DNA of 64,000 nucleotides from an uncultured Pseudomonadales bacterium (GCA_964513845.1 CAZENT010000001.1:149278-213277); one strand, 5' to 3'; shown: positions 47,084 to 57,517, numbered from the stretch's first letter. The notes: generated by a model from the sequence alone, not told the origin. Program-made: numbers and translations.

Positions 47084-49729
47084 TTACTGCCTGTTTTGAT
47101 CAAGAGTGAAGCCAAACACTGAGGTGTGAGGTGGAAGAGAAATTTTCATGGTAGACGGTTCTGCGACGAATGGTGAGGTGACGATAGTTGGGCGTAAATT
47201 TTCCGGATAGAATATTTTTAGATTAATACCTGGGTCGACAGTTCCCGGTTGACGATATTCGGTAATCGAGTATGAGAAAGGAGTAACTAAGGAGGATAAA
47301 GAGGAGGTACTGGCTTTTATAGATACCAGTGAGTCTTGATTAGTTGCAAGTACGAGAGGAATTTTATAATGGTCAAGTGTTCCTTCAGCTATTTTGGTAA
47401 CGTCTTTGGTTGATGCCGGCAGGTCATTAATTAACACCTTGTTTAGGGTTGATGGAGAGGAAAGATATATGTGATAGTTTATTGAAATAGAAGCAGATTC
47501 CACATCAGTATTTTTAGCTTTGTATTCTAATTGATACTCGTGTTGAATAGATGATGAATTAAGATTGATCGAGTGGTTTATGGTGCGATTAGACCAAGGA
47601 TATTGTCTGGAAGGATTCGTGTAAGACTCACTCAGATAGGTTGTTTCAGAAAGACAGGCGTTCGTGGAGTCAATTCCGGCACTACAAGGATGAGTAAGTA
47701 AGACTCCAGAGTATGACTGAGTAGAAATTACTCTTTCGATATTTGGATCAGATGACCATATTAGTACTTGATTGTCCCCTATCGTTTTGGCAATTGACCG
47801 ACCAATTACCGGTAAAGACAAATCGTGTTTAAACAATCTATCAAGATATTGATCAAACGCTTTCTTGTACTCAGATGAACCGGATGCCTCCAGATAGTTT
47901 GCTTTGTACTGTTCAACACTTGTTGAGTTTTCTTCGAGAAGTAGCTGTTCTATCAGTAGATTGTTGGTGGCAATGACAAAGTCCGGTTTTATCTTTAGTG
48001 CCTTCTCTATGTATTGAGATAAATTGTTTGACAGTTGAGCATAATCCGGATTTTGAACAATTTCATTAATTAATATCGGAGTTGTTGGTGCAACGGCGAA
48101 TCTTTTCAATTTTATCGGTTGAACAGTGTTTTTTTGATTAAGTGAGTCTATTTCTGAGCCCGAATAGTATTTTTTTGATATTAAGTTTCCCTGATCGAGT
48201 GTAAGGAGTAAATAGTAATCAACGCTTCCACCACTTGGCTGAAGCGAATGGCTGTTTTGGAGAAGAATCAAAAGATTTTTTACTCCCTTTTCTGAAAACA
48301 CTGCGGGAATAATATCGGTAACCTTGATGTATTGAGCAATCTGTTCTTCGAGTGTATCTAAATTTTTAAACTCTGGATTATTTTTAATTTTTTTCTCTAT
48401 AAACTCAGGAAGCTTTCCTCCACTGCTTAAGAATGATATTTGATTTAAATTTTCATATATCTGACTTAAGTTTGAATGTAAGGCAAGGCTTAGATCGCCA
48501 TATTTTATGTTTGCGTTAGGATTATTGAGCGACAAGAGGAAGTTTTCTGACATGACATAAGTCTGGTGTAAATTACCCAAACTCGTTGAGGTGTAGCTAA
48601 TGAACGAGTAAAGATTGAATATTTTTTCTGTGTATTTTGAAGATATTATATTTGAAACTGGAGTTAAATAGACAAAAACAGAGTCCCCTATTTCTTTAGC
48701 TTTATTGGAGTTATTTAGAGACTCGACTGATAGCTGAAGATTGCCTTTTAGAGCTTGGTTCATCGAAGTTTCTAGCTTGATAAGAGCGAGCGCTGTGGCG
48801 ATGACGAACACACAAATCAGCACAAAATAAATCGCAACGATTGAAATAATTATCTTTTTGATTATTTTGCCTAGTGTGGGCAGCTTTGATTCTTTTTTGG
48901 GCTTAGGTTTATAAATCCAAAGCAGCAAGCGATGCAAAATATTTAATTTTTGATGTTTGATCTCTGGAGTTGTGGGGTTGTCTGAGTACAAACTAACAAT
49001 ATTCTTAAGATCGGCAACAAGTTCGCTTTCGGGGTTCCAGTTAAGTTCTCCTCTTGATTTATTTCCCGCTGAGAGAAGAGAGTTCGCTTTTAGATTATCA
49101 TCTTCAATCGCATTAATCTCTGGCTCGTTCTGGTTTTGGCCTGAAATATACTTTTTTAGTAAATATGATAGTTCAAGATCGTGAATAGCATCGCCTAGAA
49201 TCCAAAAACTTTTTCCTGAGGTGTTCGCCAGGAACAATGTTTTCATGAGTGCATTGTTGAAATCGATAAATGAAACTGGAAAGTATAGATTTTCTCCTTT
49301 GCGAGAAATATTTATCTTTTCTGTGGTGATGGCGATGTGAAGGTATTCATCTAAAGGGGTGGCGGGTTTTGAGGTAAAACCTTGATACACATCTCGAGTA
49401 AAGACAATCCTATGGAGGGGATTGCTTTTACCCAAATCCTCAAGCATTTTTTGAAAGTAATGATTTTTTTCAATATCTATCTGATTTGTGTGAAGAAGAA
49501 CAACCACAAGTTTGCAGTCGTTTTCACGACATTTTCCATAAGTTTCAATTAAATTTTGACTTATGAAATTTAGCTCCTTGTTTAGGTCGATAAAAAATAT
49601 TTGATAGGGAGCGTGGTCGTGTTTTTTGTCAACAAATTTTATTTCCGGATGTTCTATATGAGTCTGAAAAATTGACTCAATCTCCGGATTGTTACTACTG
49701 ATGGCAACTAAGACTTCTCCCTTGGACAT
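47084..49729 (-). CDS. Large (881 aa) bitopic membrane protein; ~290-aa cytoplasmic N-domain, one TM, ~570-aa extracytoplasmic domain (DUF4012-like?)
   Basis: Single strong TM IISIVAIYFVLICVFVIATALALI. No catalytic motif recognised. Confidence 0.35.
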   Translation of the reverse strand: MSKGEVLVAISSNNPEIESIFQTHIEHPEIKFVDKKHDHAPYQIFFIDLNKELNFISQNLIETYGKCRENDCKLVVVLLHTNQIDIEKNHYFQKMLEDLGKSNPLHRIVFTRDVYQGFTSKPATPLDEYLHIAITTEKINISRKGENLYFPVSFIDFNNALMKTLFLANTSGKSFWILGDAIHDLELSYLLKKYISGQNQNEPEINAIEDDNLKANSLLSAGNKSRGELNWNPESELVADLKNIVSLYSDNPTTPEIKHQKLNILHRLLLWIYKPKPKKESKLPTLGKIIKKIIISIVAIYFVLICVFVIATALALIKLETSMNQALKGNLQLSVESLNNSNKAKEIGDSVFVYLTPVSNIISSKYTEKIFNLYSFISYTSTSLGNLHQTYVMSENFLLSLNNPNANIKYGDLSLALHSNLSQIYENLNQISFLSSGGKLPEFIEKKIKNNPEFKNLDTLEEQIAQYIKVTDIIPAVFSEKGVKNLLILLQNSHSLQPSGGSVDYYLLLTLDQGNLISKKYYSGSEIDSLNQKNTVQPIKLKRFAVAPTTPILINEIVQNPDYAQLSNNLSQYIEKALKIKPDFVIATNNLLIEQLLLEENSTSVEQYKANYLEASGSSEYKKAFDQYLDRLFKHDLSLPVIGRSIAKTIGDNQVLIWSSDPNIERVISTQSYSGVLLTHPCSAGIDSTNACLSETTYLSESYTNPSRQYPWSNRTINHSINLNSSSIQHEYQLEYKAKNTDVESASISINYHIYLSSPSTLNKVLINDLPASTKDVTKIAEGTLDHYKIPLVLATNQDSLVSIKASTSSLSSLVTPFSYSITEYRQPGTVDPGINLKIFYPENLRPTIVTSPFVAEPSTMKISLPPHTSVFGFTLDQNRQ

Positions 49730-49964
49730 TGATTTAAGTATAAACGAAGTCTGTTCATGTGTTTTATTCTGTTTTTTCAGTATCTACATATTTTAGTTTT
49801 TTTCTTATGCCTATTTTTATTTATTCCCATGCCTAGTAAATAGTTTTTTCTGTATATACTTTTCACACATGAAAATCTAAGCACGCGCACTGCTAAAGTT
49901 ATCCACACGCTTTTTCTCATAAAAAAACCCTCTTTCGAGGGTTTTTAAATATCTCCGGCTAACT

Positions 49965-50396
49965 TTATTTGTCTAGGGCTTCGTTTACCAGACAGTCTGC
50001 CTTCTTGTTTAGTTCTCTGGGGACGGTGATAAATGTCATTAACTCTACTTGTTCTTTTTCACGTAACTCTTTGACCAAATCCACCACCTGTTGACGAAGT
50101 ATTTTGAGATGGGGTAGTTTTACTTTGTATTTGCCAAGAATTTGTCTGACAATTAATTCTGAGTCCAAAATGTATTTAAGTTTTTGGGTATATATTTTTT
50201 TCTCAAGCAATACCTCTAAACTTCTAATTACGGCGGTGTATTCGGCGACGTTATTGGTGGTTTCACCAATGGTTTCTGAAATGGTAAATACTTTTTTACC
50301 GTTGGATGCGGCATACACACCAATGCCGGCTGGCCCAGGATTTCCACGCGACCCACCATCGGTATTTATTTCTAGAAGTTCATATTTTTCTTGCAT
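49965..50396 (-). CDS. rnhA: Ribonuclease HI
   Basis: INTDGGSRGNPGPAGIG, TNNVAEY, and NKKADCLVNEA motifs carrying the D-E-D-D catalytic residues. Confidence 0.85.
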   Translation of the reverse strand: MQEKYELLEINTDGGSRGNPGPAGIGVYAASNGKKVFTISETIGETTNNVAEYTAVIRSLEVLLEKKIYTQKLKYILDSELIVRQILGKYKVKLPHLKILRQQVVDLVKELREKEQVELMTFITVPRELNKKADCLVNEALDK

Positions 50397-50405
50397 GTAG
50401 GTATT

Positions 50406-51548
50406 TTAGACCATAATCGCAAGAGCGAAAAGGAAAATGAGTTTGTTTTGAGGTAAAGTCCAGGAATAATGATCAAGTGTTCCCGTAAATAGAAGAATGG
50501 CTATCAATCCTAGAACTAGGGGATTGGAAATCACTTTCAATACTTTTTGTTTAAATAGTGAGATGAAAAATATCAGAGTTCCCAATATTCCCATTTCTGA
50601 AAGATATAGATAGAACAGGTTGTGAATTGGTTGTAGTTTTGAGGGGGTTAAGAATGATCCGGGTAAGATTGATCCGAGAGCTGGTATATAGTTGCCATAA
50701 CCATTTCCGACGAGAGGATTGTGCAATATTATCCTTTTGAGATAGGAAAAATAGAATAGACGATCTGATACTGATTGGATAGTGATTGCCGTATTCTGAA
50801 GAAATGGTTGAGCAATGGATAAGAATATTGACAAATAGATAATTATTTCTGGTTTGAGATTATAGATAATGAAAGCGAGCGCAAAAATTGAAGTTTTAGA
50901 AAACGATAGGAGAATGCCTAAGAACGGAACAATCTTTTGCCATGGCTTGGATGCTTTTCGCGAAAATAGATAAAAAACAATTAATAGATATCCGGCGAGA
51001 GAGTTGGCGTGCGAAAAGGTGGCAATCGGACGAAGAATCTCAAGACCAAGTAGGTTGAGGCGACCAATTCCTGGAGTACTGGTAGAGAAAGCTCTTTCGC
51101 CAAGTAGATAAAATAGACCACCAATTGATGATTGAGATATTAATTGCAGTACTTCCAAAAATACAATTCCGACTGTACTAAGAAACAGGGGAGTACGAAT
51201 ATCAGACCATTTGATTTTTTGAAGTCTTAAGGTGATATACACAAAGAGATAAAGAATCAGACGAAGCCACCAAAATATCGAGTTTAGCGGTGAAACCGAA
51301 AAGGCGATGTTTAGAAGAATGAAGAATATAAACAGACCAAGGTTAAAAAGATTTTTTCGAAGATAACTTGCAATTGATTTGAGATTTAACAAAACTAAAA
51401 TTATCAGAAGAATGTCTAAAAAGTATATGGTGGGGGAGAGGTAATCGATTTTGATACCGGCAACACGAGAAAAGGTTGGCCAAAAATGCAGACCCAGTTG
51501 AGTGGGCAAAATAAAAACAATAATCTTAATTAAGAAGTTGCTTAGCAC
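50406..51548 (-). CDS. Polytopic membrane protein, O-antigen ligase/polymerase (Wzy_C)-like
   Basis: About 11 TMs with a larger periplasmic loop; only weak family resemblance. Confidence 0.3.
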   Translation of the reverse strand: MLSNFLIKIIVFILPTQLGLHFWPTFSRVAGIKIDYLSPTIYFLDILLIILVLLNLKSIASYLRKNLFNLGLFIFFILLNIAFSVSPLNSIFWWLRLILYLFVYITLRLQKIKWSDIRTPLFLSTVGIVFLEVLQLISQSSIGGLFYLLGERAFSTSTPGIGRLNLLGLEILRPIATFSHANSLAGYLLIVFYLFSRKASKPWQKIVPFLGILLSFSKTSIFALAFIIYNLKPEIIIYLSIFLSIAQPFLQNTAITIQSVSDRLFYFSYLKRIILHNPLVGNGYGNYIPALGSILPGSFLTPSKLQPIHNLFYLYLSEMGILGTLIFFISLFKQKVLKVISNPLVLGLIAILLFTGTLDHYSWTLPQNKLIFLFALAIMV

Positions 51549-51618
51549 TGCCCCGATTGTACAGGATAACGATATGAGGATAATCTATATAGATCCCCGC
51601 TTTCGCGAGGATGACATT

Positions 51619-52077
51619 TTATTCTGTGGGAACAATGACCATCTGACGGAAAGGCGCTTCTCCACGAGACTCGGTTTTGATTCCCGGGAATTCTGAAAGG
51701 AACATATGGATGATGCGACGTTCGTAAGAGCTAAGATTGGGGAGAATGATTTCTTTTTGAAGACTGACAGCTCTTTCGGCAGCGTCTTGGGCTAGCTCTT
51801 TGAGAGTTTCTTCACGGCGCTCTTGATAGTCATTTACATTGAGATGAAGTTTGGGCCAAACACCAAATCGCTGGAAAATAATGAGAGAAAAAATCATACG
51901 AAGCGCGGACAATCCTTCACCGTGATGACCAACAAAGACTCCAGCTGACTCCTGAGGAAGAGAAAGAGAGATGTTGACGTTTTCGTCATCGGCCAGGTCG
52001 ATCTTAATTTGATCTTCATCAAGAGCAAGTTGAGAAAGCACGTTGGACAAAATTTCTTTGATTTTTGACTGATCCAT
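51619..52077 (-). CDS. Jag/KhpB-like RNA-binding protein (R3H domain)
   Basis: R3H motif ERRIIHMFLSEFPGIKTESRGE. Sits in the canonical position after yidC. Confidence 0.7.
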   Translation of the reverse strand: MDQSKIKEILSNVLSQLALDEDQIKIDLADDENVNISLSLPQESAGVFVGHHGEGLSALRMIFSLIIFQRFGVWPKLHLNVNDYQERREETLKELAQDAAERAVSLQKEIILPNLSSYERRIIHMFLSEFPGIKTESRGEAPFRQMVIVPTE

Positions 52078-52105
52078 TTTATTTTTTAATTGATATACAA
52101 ATTTA

Positions 52106-52858
52106 TTATTTTCCGGTCACACGAGTGACAAAAAGACGAGCTTTTTTGTAAGCCGGAATAAGACCACCCCAACCGGAGAAGAAGTATTGCTGAACGAGAG
52201 AGAAGACAGTAGAAATTACCCAGAAAAGAACAAGGCCAGATTGAAAGTTGAGGGAGATAATGACCGTCATGAGAGGCATCATGTAGATCATTTGCTGCTG
52301 CATACTGGAAGCCATTTCGAGGCTGTTTTCTTCTTTTTTCTTTTCTTCTTTCTTTTTGGGATTTTTTACTTCAGACACAATGCCTGATTGCATCATAAGA
52401 GAGAAAACGAGCTGAGAAACACCAGCGAGAATGGGCATGATGTAGGTTCGGTCTGGTTTGGTGAGATCGAGATACAGGAAATAGGGGTTCATGTTGGTTC
52501 CACCAACTGATGATTGCCCGAGGAAAAACATAAACACCTGGTAGAGAGAGATGAGGATGATGATTTGAAAAATTTGAGGAAGACAACCGGCGGCAGGATT
52601 AATACCTTTTTCTTTGTAGAGTGCGATCTGGGCTTGTTGAAGTGCAGTTTTGTCGGTGTGTTTGGCTTTAAGTCTGTCTAGCTCTGGTTTGAGATCCTGC
52701 ATTTTTTTGGCAGAGCGAAGGGAGGGGATAACTAATGGAAGAAGAATTACTTTGGTGATAAGCGTGATGGCGATAATGGAAAGACCAAGGTTGCCACCAA
52801 AGAGTTGGTAGAAAAACAAGAGAGCTTGGTAAAGGATTCCGTTTATTGGTGCGAGCAT
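52106..52858 (-). CDS. yidC: Membrane protein insertase YidC (short Gram-positive/CPR type)
   Basis: IITKVILLPLVIPSLRSAKKMQ and GCLPQIFQIIILISLY signatures. Confidence 0.9.
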   Translation of the reverse strand: MLAPINGILYQALLFFYQLFGGNLGLSIIAITLITKVILLPLVIPSLRSAKKMQDLKPELDRLKAKHTDKTALQQAQIALYKEKGINPAAGCLPQIFQIIILISLYQVFMFFLGQSSVGGTNMNPYFLYLDLTKPDRTYIMPILAGVSQLVFSLMMQSGIVSEVKNPKKKEEKKKEENSLEMASSMQQQMIYMMPLMTVIISLNFQSGLVLFWVISTVFSLVQQYFFSGWGGLIPAYKKARLFVTRVTGK

Positions 52859-52860
52859 AG

Positions 52861-53091
52861 TTATTTGATTTTATCAGGAACCGGGTCGTATCCACCTTTG
52901 AAGAGGGGGTTACATCTTAGGATTCTATTAAGTGACAGTTTTGTCCCCTGAATAATACCATATTGACGGTAAGCTTTCTTGGCATAGACAGAACAAGTGG
53001 GAGAAAAACGGCAAGCAAAGGAGGAACCAAAGAATGATCTGCCGATGGCATGGTAAAGAGGAGAGAGATATTTGTGATAAAAAGAAATCAT
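52861..53091 (-). CDS. yidD: Membrane protein insertion efficiency factor YidD
   Basis: CRFSPTCSVYAKKAYRQYG is the YidD consensus. Confidence 0.85.
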   Translation of the reverse strand: MISFYHKYLSPLYHAIGRSFFGSSFACRFSPTCSVYAKKAYRQYGIIQGTKLSLNRILRCNPLFKGGYDPVPDKIK

Positions 53092-53132
53092 GCAATAAGA
53101 TTATATCCTTGCTTGAAATATTGCTAAAAGAA

Positions 53133-53987
53133 CTAATTGGATAATTTTTTTTGATTACTGCTTGATTTGATTTTTCTAAGGAAATTTTGTGAGGTAACGA
53201 TACTTTTACCAATTTCTTTCTCTAATTTTTCTCGTGCTCCACCGGCGATTTTACCTCCCCGATGAGATATTTTTTTGTTTTCTTCAAAACCATGAGGGTG
53301 TTCTGTTTTGGTGATTTCTGTTGTCGAAGCTTCTCCCAACATCGAGAAGAGGAGTTCAAGATCTGTCATGTGATCTCGAAGGTTTTGTCTTTCCAGTCCC
53401 TTTATCTTTTTGTGTTCAGAGGGAGATATGCCAAAGGCTGCCTTGGAGATTTCTGCTGTCAGAATGGCGTAATCCAGTTGCTGTCTGACTCCATGGATTT
53501 GCCATTGTTCAGTTAGATCTTCACGAATAACTATAGATCGCATTCTTTTTTCGATCCAACCATCTGGATATCCCTTGGCTTTGTAGATAGCTCTGACTCT
53601 TTTTTGGGCAAGCTCCGGATCTTCAATTTCTTGAATTCTTTCATATCCCACCTTTGCTAACCAACGCTTGAATGGTTCTGCTTTGGGAGAGGGGATGGAC
53701 TGAATAATACGAAAAACGCTCTCTGTGTTTGCACAGTCTGTATCGTATTTTTTTCCATCTGATGACGCTAATTTCAGTTGTCTACAAATTGTAGACAACT
53801 CAACTCCATCGCTTGACTTAACCCTAGTTTTCATGGCGTTCCAATACACCCTTGGTTTTTTACTATTCGTTAACGCCTCGATAACATCAACAACTGAAAA
53901 CCACCATTCGTTTTTGAAGATGATTTTTCTAATCTCCTTTTTTTGGAAAATCGCTATCCTTGTTAACTCCTCAAATTTGTTGGACAT
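53133..53987 (-). CDS. Bro-N domain protein, DinD-like (DNA-damage-inducible protein D family)
   Basis: N-terminal Bro-N-like NEWWFSVVDVIEALTNSKKPRVYW and a DinD-like central/C-terminal region. It is inserted between rnpA and yidD. Confidence 0.5.
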   Translation of the reverse strand: MSNKFEELTRIAIFQKKEIRKIIFKNEWWFSVVDVIEALTNSKKPRVYWNAMKTRVKSSDGVELSTICRQLKLASSDGKKYDTDCANTESVFRIIQSIPSPKAEPFKRWLAKVGYERIQEIEDPELAQKRVRAIYKAKGYPDGWIEKRMRSIVIREDLTEQWQIHGVRQQLDYAILTAEISKAAFGISPSEHKKIKGLERQNLRDHMTDLELLFSMLGEASTTEITKTEHPHGFEENKKISHRGGKIAGGAREKLEKEIGKSIVTSQNFLRKIKSSSNQKKLSN

Positions 53988-54018
53988 AATAACAATTTAA
54001 TCCAAACAATACCCGAAG

Positions 54019-54360
54019 TCAAGAGGATTTTAGAAGGTTGGAAAGGTCTTTTTTAAGAATTTGAAAATCGGTTTCATGAACCTGGCGTTTGGGAACGATG
54101 AGATAGTCTTTTGGAGGAATAGATGAGAGAGTATTTTCTATGATGGCAGAAGTGACTCTTTTTATCTTATTGCGATCAACGGCAAGGGAGGCAGTTTTTT
54201 TGGAGAGAAGGATGGCCAGACGAGGAGATTGAGCTTTTTTATCTTCGGGAGTTTCGGCAACTACAAGAGTAAAGAATTTGCCAAAGACGGTTTTACCGGT
54301 TTGGTTTAAACGTTCTCTATCGAAACGGAGTGATAAACGATGACTCTTTGGTAGAGCCAT
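54019..54360 (-). CDS. rnpA: Ribonuclease P protein component
   Basis: MALPKSHRLSLRFDRERL and the RNR-like KRVTSAI region. Confidence 0.8.
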   Translation of the reverse strand: MALPKSHRLSLRFDRERLNQTGKTVFGKFFTLVVAETPEDKKAQSPRLAILLSKKTASLAVDRNKIKRVTSAIIENTLSSIPPKDYLIVPKRQVHETDFQILKKDLSNLLKSS

Positions 54361-54363
54361 AGA

Positions 54364-54501
54364 TTAAACGGATAATTTAGTCCTGCCTTTGGCGCGACGG
54401 CGTTTGATGACGTTGCGGCCATCATGGGAGGCCATTTTAATACGGAAACCGTGGGTACGGACGCGTTTGATTTTGTGTGGCTGGTAGACTCTTTTTGGCA
54501 T
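54364..54501 (-). CDS. rpmH: 50S ribosomal protein L34 (45 aa; below ORF-track size cutoff)
   Basis: Manual translation gives [45 protein letters not shown], the L34 consensus. Confidence 0.85.
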   Translation of the reverse strand: MPKRVYQPHKIKRVRTHGFRIKMASHDGRNVIKRRRAKGRTKLSV

Positions 54502-54718
54502 GGTTTTATTTTATCATTGATGAGCGGAGCTTATTATACCGCATCTTTGTTGATTGCCACGATTAAAATGGATCTCTATGAGTATTGAAGAACATTCTGC
54601 GGAGATCGGGCATGAAGATACTTTGTGATGTCTTTTTGATGGGTATTTTGGGGGTTGTAGATTGTGGATAACATGGTAAAACTGAACTACACCTGCCCGG
54701 TTATTAATATTTTACGTT

Positions 54719-56101
54719 ATGGAAATTGACGCCAGTCATCTGTGGCAAGCCGTTTGTGGAGACCTTTCCGTGTCGATGTCTCAGGCCGGTTTCAATGGAT
54801 TCGTAAAACCTTGTTTTATAAGGACGGTGACTCCTATTGATAACGAGAGAATTATCGTAGAGTTAGCGGCGCCGACAGCGTATCATGTGCGCACAATTGA
54901 CGAAAAATATTTTAGTTCAATCAAGCAGTCGATGGAGAAGATCTCACATAAAAAATGTGACGTGGCTTTAATCGTCGTTGAAGCAATAAAGGAGGAGAAA
55001 GAAACTAAAACTAGCGCAAGATCTGAAAAAGAAGAAGCAAATATGAATTTGTTTGCCTCACCAGAACCAGATAAACAAGCCGGCAATAACTTAAATCCAA
55101 GATATTTGTTTGAAAATTATGTTGTTGGTAGTTCAAATCGATTAGCTTTTGCGGCCGGAAAAGCGGTGGTGGATTTCCCCGGAACAAGACACAATCCTTT
55201 GTTTATCTATGGAGGAGTAGGAGTTGGTAAAACTCACTTAATGCACGCCGTGGGCCATGAACTGGTAAAAAAAGGGGTTGGGAAGGTGGTTTATGTAACC
55301 AGTGAGCAGTTTACTAATGACTTAGTATCATCACTTCGCTCAAAAATGACAGATGCTTTTAAAAAGAAGTATCGTCAAGTTGGCGCTTTGTTGATTGACG
55401 ATGTGCAGTTCTTTGGCGGCAAAGACTCAACTCAAGAAGAGTTCTTCCACACTTTTAACGAGCTAACAAATAAGTCGGCTCAAATTGTGATGACTTCCGA
55501 TAGAAAGCCTCAAGATATTGAAGGTTTAGAAGACAGATTAAAAAGTCGCTTTTTGGGAGGAATGGCGGTAGATATCGGTTTGCCCGATTATGAAATGAGA
55601 CTCGCTATCTTGCGCCAGAAAGCTCAAGAAATTAAAGTAGAAGTGGAAGATGGTGCTTATGAGTTGATGGCTAACAACTTCAACACTAATGCACGTGAAT
55701 TAGAAGGCACTTTTGTTAAATTGGCAGTCGGAGCAAGCTTGGAAAATGGAGTGCTCACAAAAGAAATGGTGCAACAAACAATGGGTTTGCCGGCTAACTT
55801 TGTGAAGGAGATAAAAGTCAGACCGATCAAAGTAGTTTCGACGGTAGCTAAGTATTTTGATTATAGAAACAAAGATCTTCTGGGGACAAGCAGAAAGGCC
55901 GATCTGGTGGTGGCTCGACATATTGCGATGTTTCTTTTGCGCGATACTTTGAATATCCAACTGGAAAAAGTGGGGGAGATTATGGGTGGAAGAGATCACA
56001 CGACTGTGATGCACGCAGTGGAAAAAATGAAGGATGAAGTGAGTAATAATGCCGATGTACGGCGTAAAATAACGGCTATAAAACAAGCGTTATACACTTA
56101 A
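54719..56101 (+). CDS. dnaA: Chromosomal replication initiator DnaA
   Basis: AAA+ motifs GGVGVGKTHL and LLIDDVQF, plus the domain IV HTH DHTTVMHA. Confidence 0.95.
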   Translation: MEIDASHLWQAVCGDLSVSMSQAGFNGFVKPCFIRTVTPIDNERIIVELAAPTAYHVRTIDEKYFSSIKQSMEKISHKKCDVALIVVEAIKEEKETKTSARSEKEEANMNLFASPEPDKQAGNNLNPRYLFENYVVGSSNRLAFAAGKAVVDFPGTRHNPLFIYGGVGVGKTHLMHAVGHELVKKGVGKVVYVTSEQFTNDLVSSLRSKMTDAFKKKYRQVGALLIDDVQFFGGKDSTQEEFFHTFNELTNKSAQIVMTSDRKPQDIEGLEDRLKSRFLGGMAVDIGLPDYEMRLAILRQKAQEIKVEVEDGAYELMANNFNTNARELEGTFVKLAVGASLENGVLTKEMVQQTMGLPANFVKEIKVRPIKVVSTVAKYFDYRNKDLLGTSRKADLVVARHIAMFLLRDTLNIQLEKVGEIMGGRDHTTVMHAVEKMKDEVSNNADVRRKITAIKQALYT

Positions 56102-56407
56102 ATATCCACATCTTATCCCCAGGACGTGGATAACTTTCGAAAAAGTGGATTAGTAGGGGGATAAGCACAAGGAGTGTTGATAAAGATACAAAGTTATCCA
56201 GAAAATTATCAACAGAAAATGTTAGTTGTTCTGAAAATAATAGTCACAACGGTTGAATAAATGATTAAAAAGTATGGATATAACAAACGAAGATAAATTA
56301 ACAACAAGAGTAATAGGCAAGAGCCACGCTTATAATCAACAAATCAACACGACCTATTACTATCATTACTATTTTTTAGATTAATATAATAATTAGAAGG
56401 AAATTCT
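56102..56407. other. oriC: cluster of at least 7 DnaA-box-like 9-mers followed by an AT-rich DNA-unwinding element
   Basis: ATATCCACA, TTATCCCCA, GTGGATAAC, TGTTGATAA, TTATCCAGA, TTATCAACA and others within 56102-56214. AT-rich stretch 56340-56400. A perfect TGTGGATAA box also lies upstream of dnaA at 54664-54672. Confidence 0.75.
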
Positions 56408-57517
56408 ATGAAAATAATTGTTCAATCAGGAGAGCTTAAAAAATATCTGGGAATAGTAAGCAGGGGAGTGAGTAGCAGGCCTCAGTTACCAATATTGTCG
56501 GGAGTTCTTCTAAAAGCGGAAAATGATGAGGTGAGTTTAGTGGCAACCGATTTGGAAGTGAGTTTTTGGTTGAGTCTTTCGGCGAAGGTAGAAGAAGAGG
56601 GTGAAGTGGTGGTTCCGGCAAAACTATTTTCTGAGCTGGTTTCAGGTTTTCCTTCCGGCAACGTAATGATAACTGTGGAAAAACACGTGGTAAAAATTGA
56701 AGTTGATGGAATTGTATCGGAAATAGTGGGCCAGGGAGCTGAAGACTTCCCCAGTATCCCCAGAGCAAGTAAGGCTCAAGTAGTTCTTCGAAGCGGAGAC
56801 TTTAGACAAAAAGTGGATAGAGTGTGTGTGAGTGCGGCCAGAGACGACACTCGACCAGTGTTGACTGGAGTACTTTGGGAAATTAATGAAGAAAAAGTGT
56901 CTTTGGTGGCGACTGACGGATATCGATTGTCGGTGGATAAGTTGACTTTGTCAAAAACAGAACTAGAAAAAGAAACGAGATTAATTTTACCTGCAAGATC
57001 TTTGCAAGAAATTTCAAAAATGTTGGGTGAAACCGGTGTTGATGTTTTTTCTTTGGAGTTTAGTAAGGAAAATCAACAAGTCATTTTTAAAGTGGGAGAG
57101 ATTGAGGTAACTTCGAGATTGATTGCAGGCGAGTTCCCGCCTTATCAACAGATTATGCCGAATACTTACTCGTCGAGAGCTGTCTTTGGTAAAGCAGAGA
57201 TACTAGAAGGCGTCAAAAGAGCTAATTTGTTTGCTCGAGATAATGCCAATATTATTAAGTTGCAAATGGAAAAAGATGGTGTGGTGGTTCGAGCTGAGAG
57301 TTCTCAGATTGGTACAAGTGTAAGTAAGGTAGAGGCAGTGGTTGAGGGTGAAGAATTAACAGTGGCGTTTAACGCAAGATATTTACTGGATTATCTGGCC
57401 AGCAGTACTTCGGAAAAAGTAGTATGGGAAACAGAGGGAGAACTGAAACCCAGTGTTTTTCGTAACGAAGATGAAGAAACTTGGGTGCAGGTGGTAATGC
57501 CTGTTAGGGTGCAGTAA
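56408..57517 (+). CDS. dnaN: DNA polymerase III beta sliding clamp
   Basis: Three-domain clamp (369 aa) in the standard position after dnaA. Confidence 0.9.
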   Translation: MKIIVQSGELKKYLGIVSRGVSSRPQLPILSGVLLKAENDEVSLVATDLEVSFWLSLSAKVEEEGEVVVPAKLFSELVSGFPSGNVMITVEKHVVKIEVDGIVSEIVGQGAEDFPSIPRASKAQVVLRSGDFRQKVDRVCVSAARDDTRPVLTGVLWEINEEKVSLVATDGYRLSVDKLTLSKTELEKETRLILPARSLQEISKMLGETGVDVFSLEFSKENQQVIFKVGEIEVTSRLIAGEFPPYQQIMPNTYSSRAVFGKAEILEGVKRANLFARDNANIIKLQMEKDGVVVRAESSQIGTSVSKVEAVVEGEELTVAFNARYLLDYLASSTSEKVVWETEGELKPSVFRNEDEETWVQVVMPVRVQ

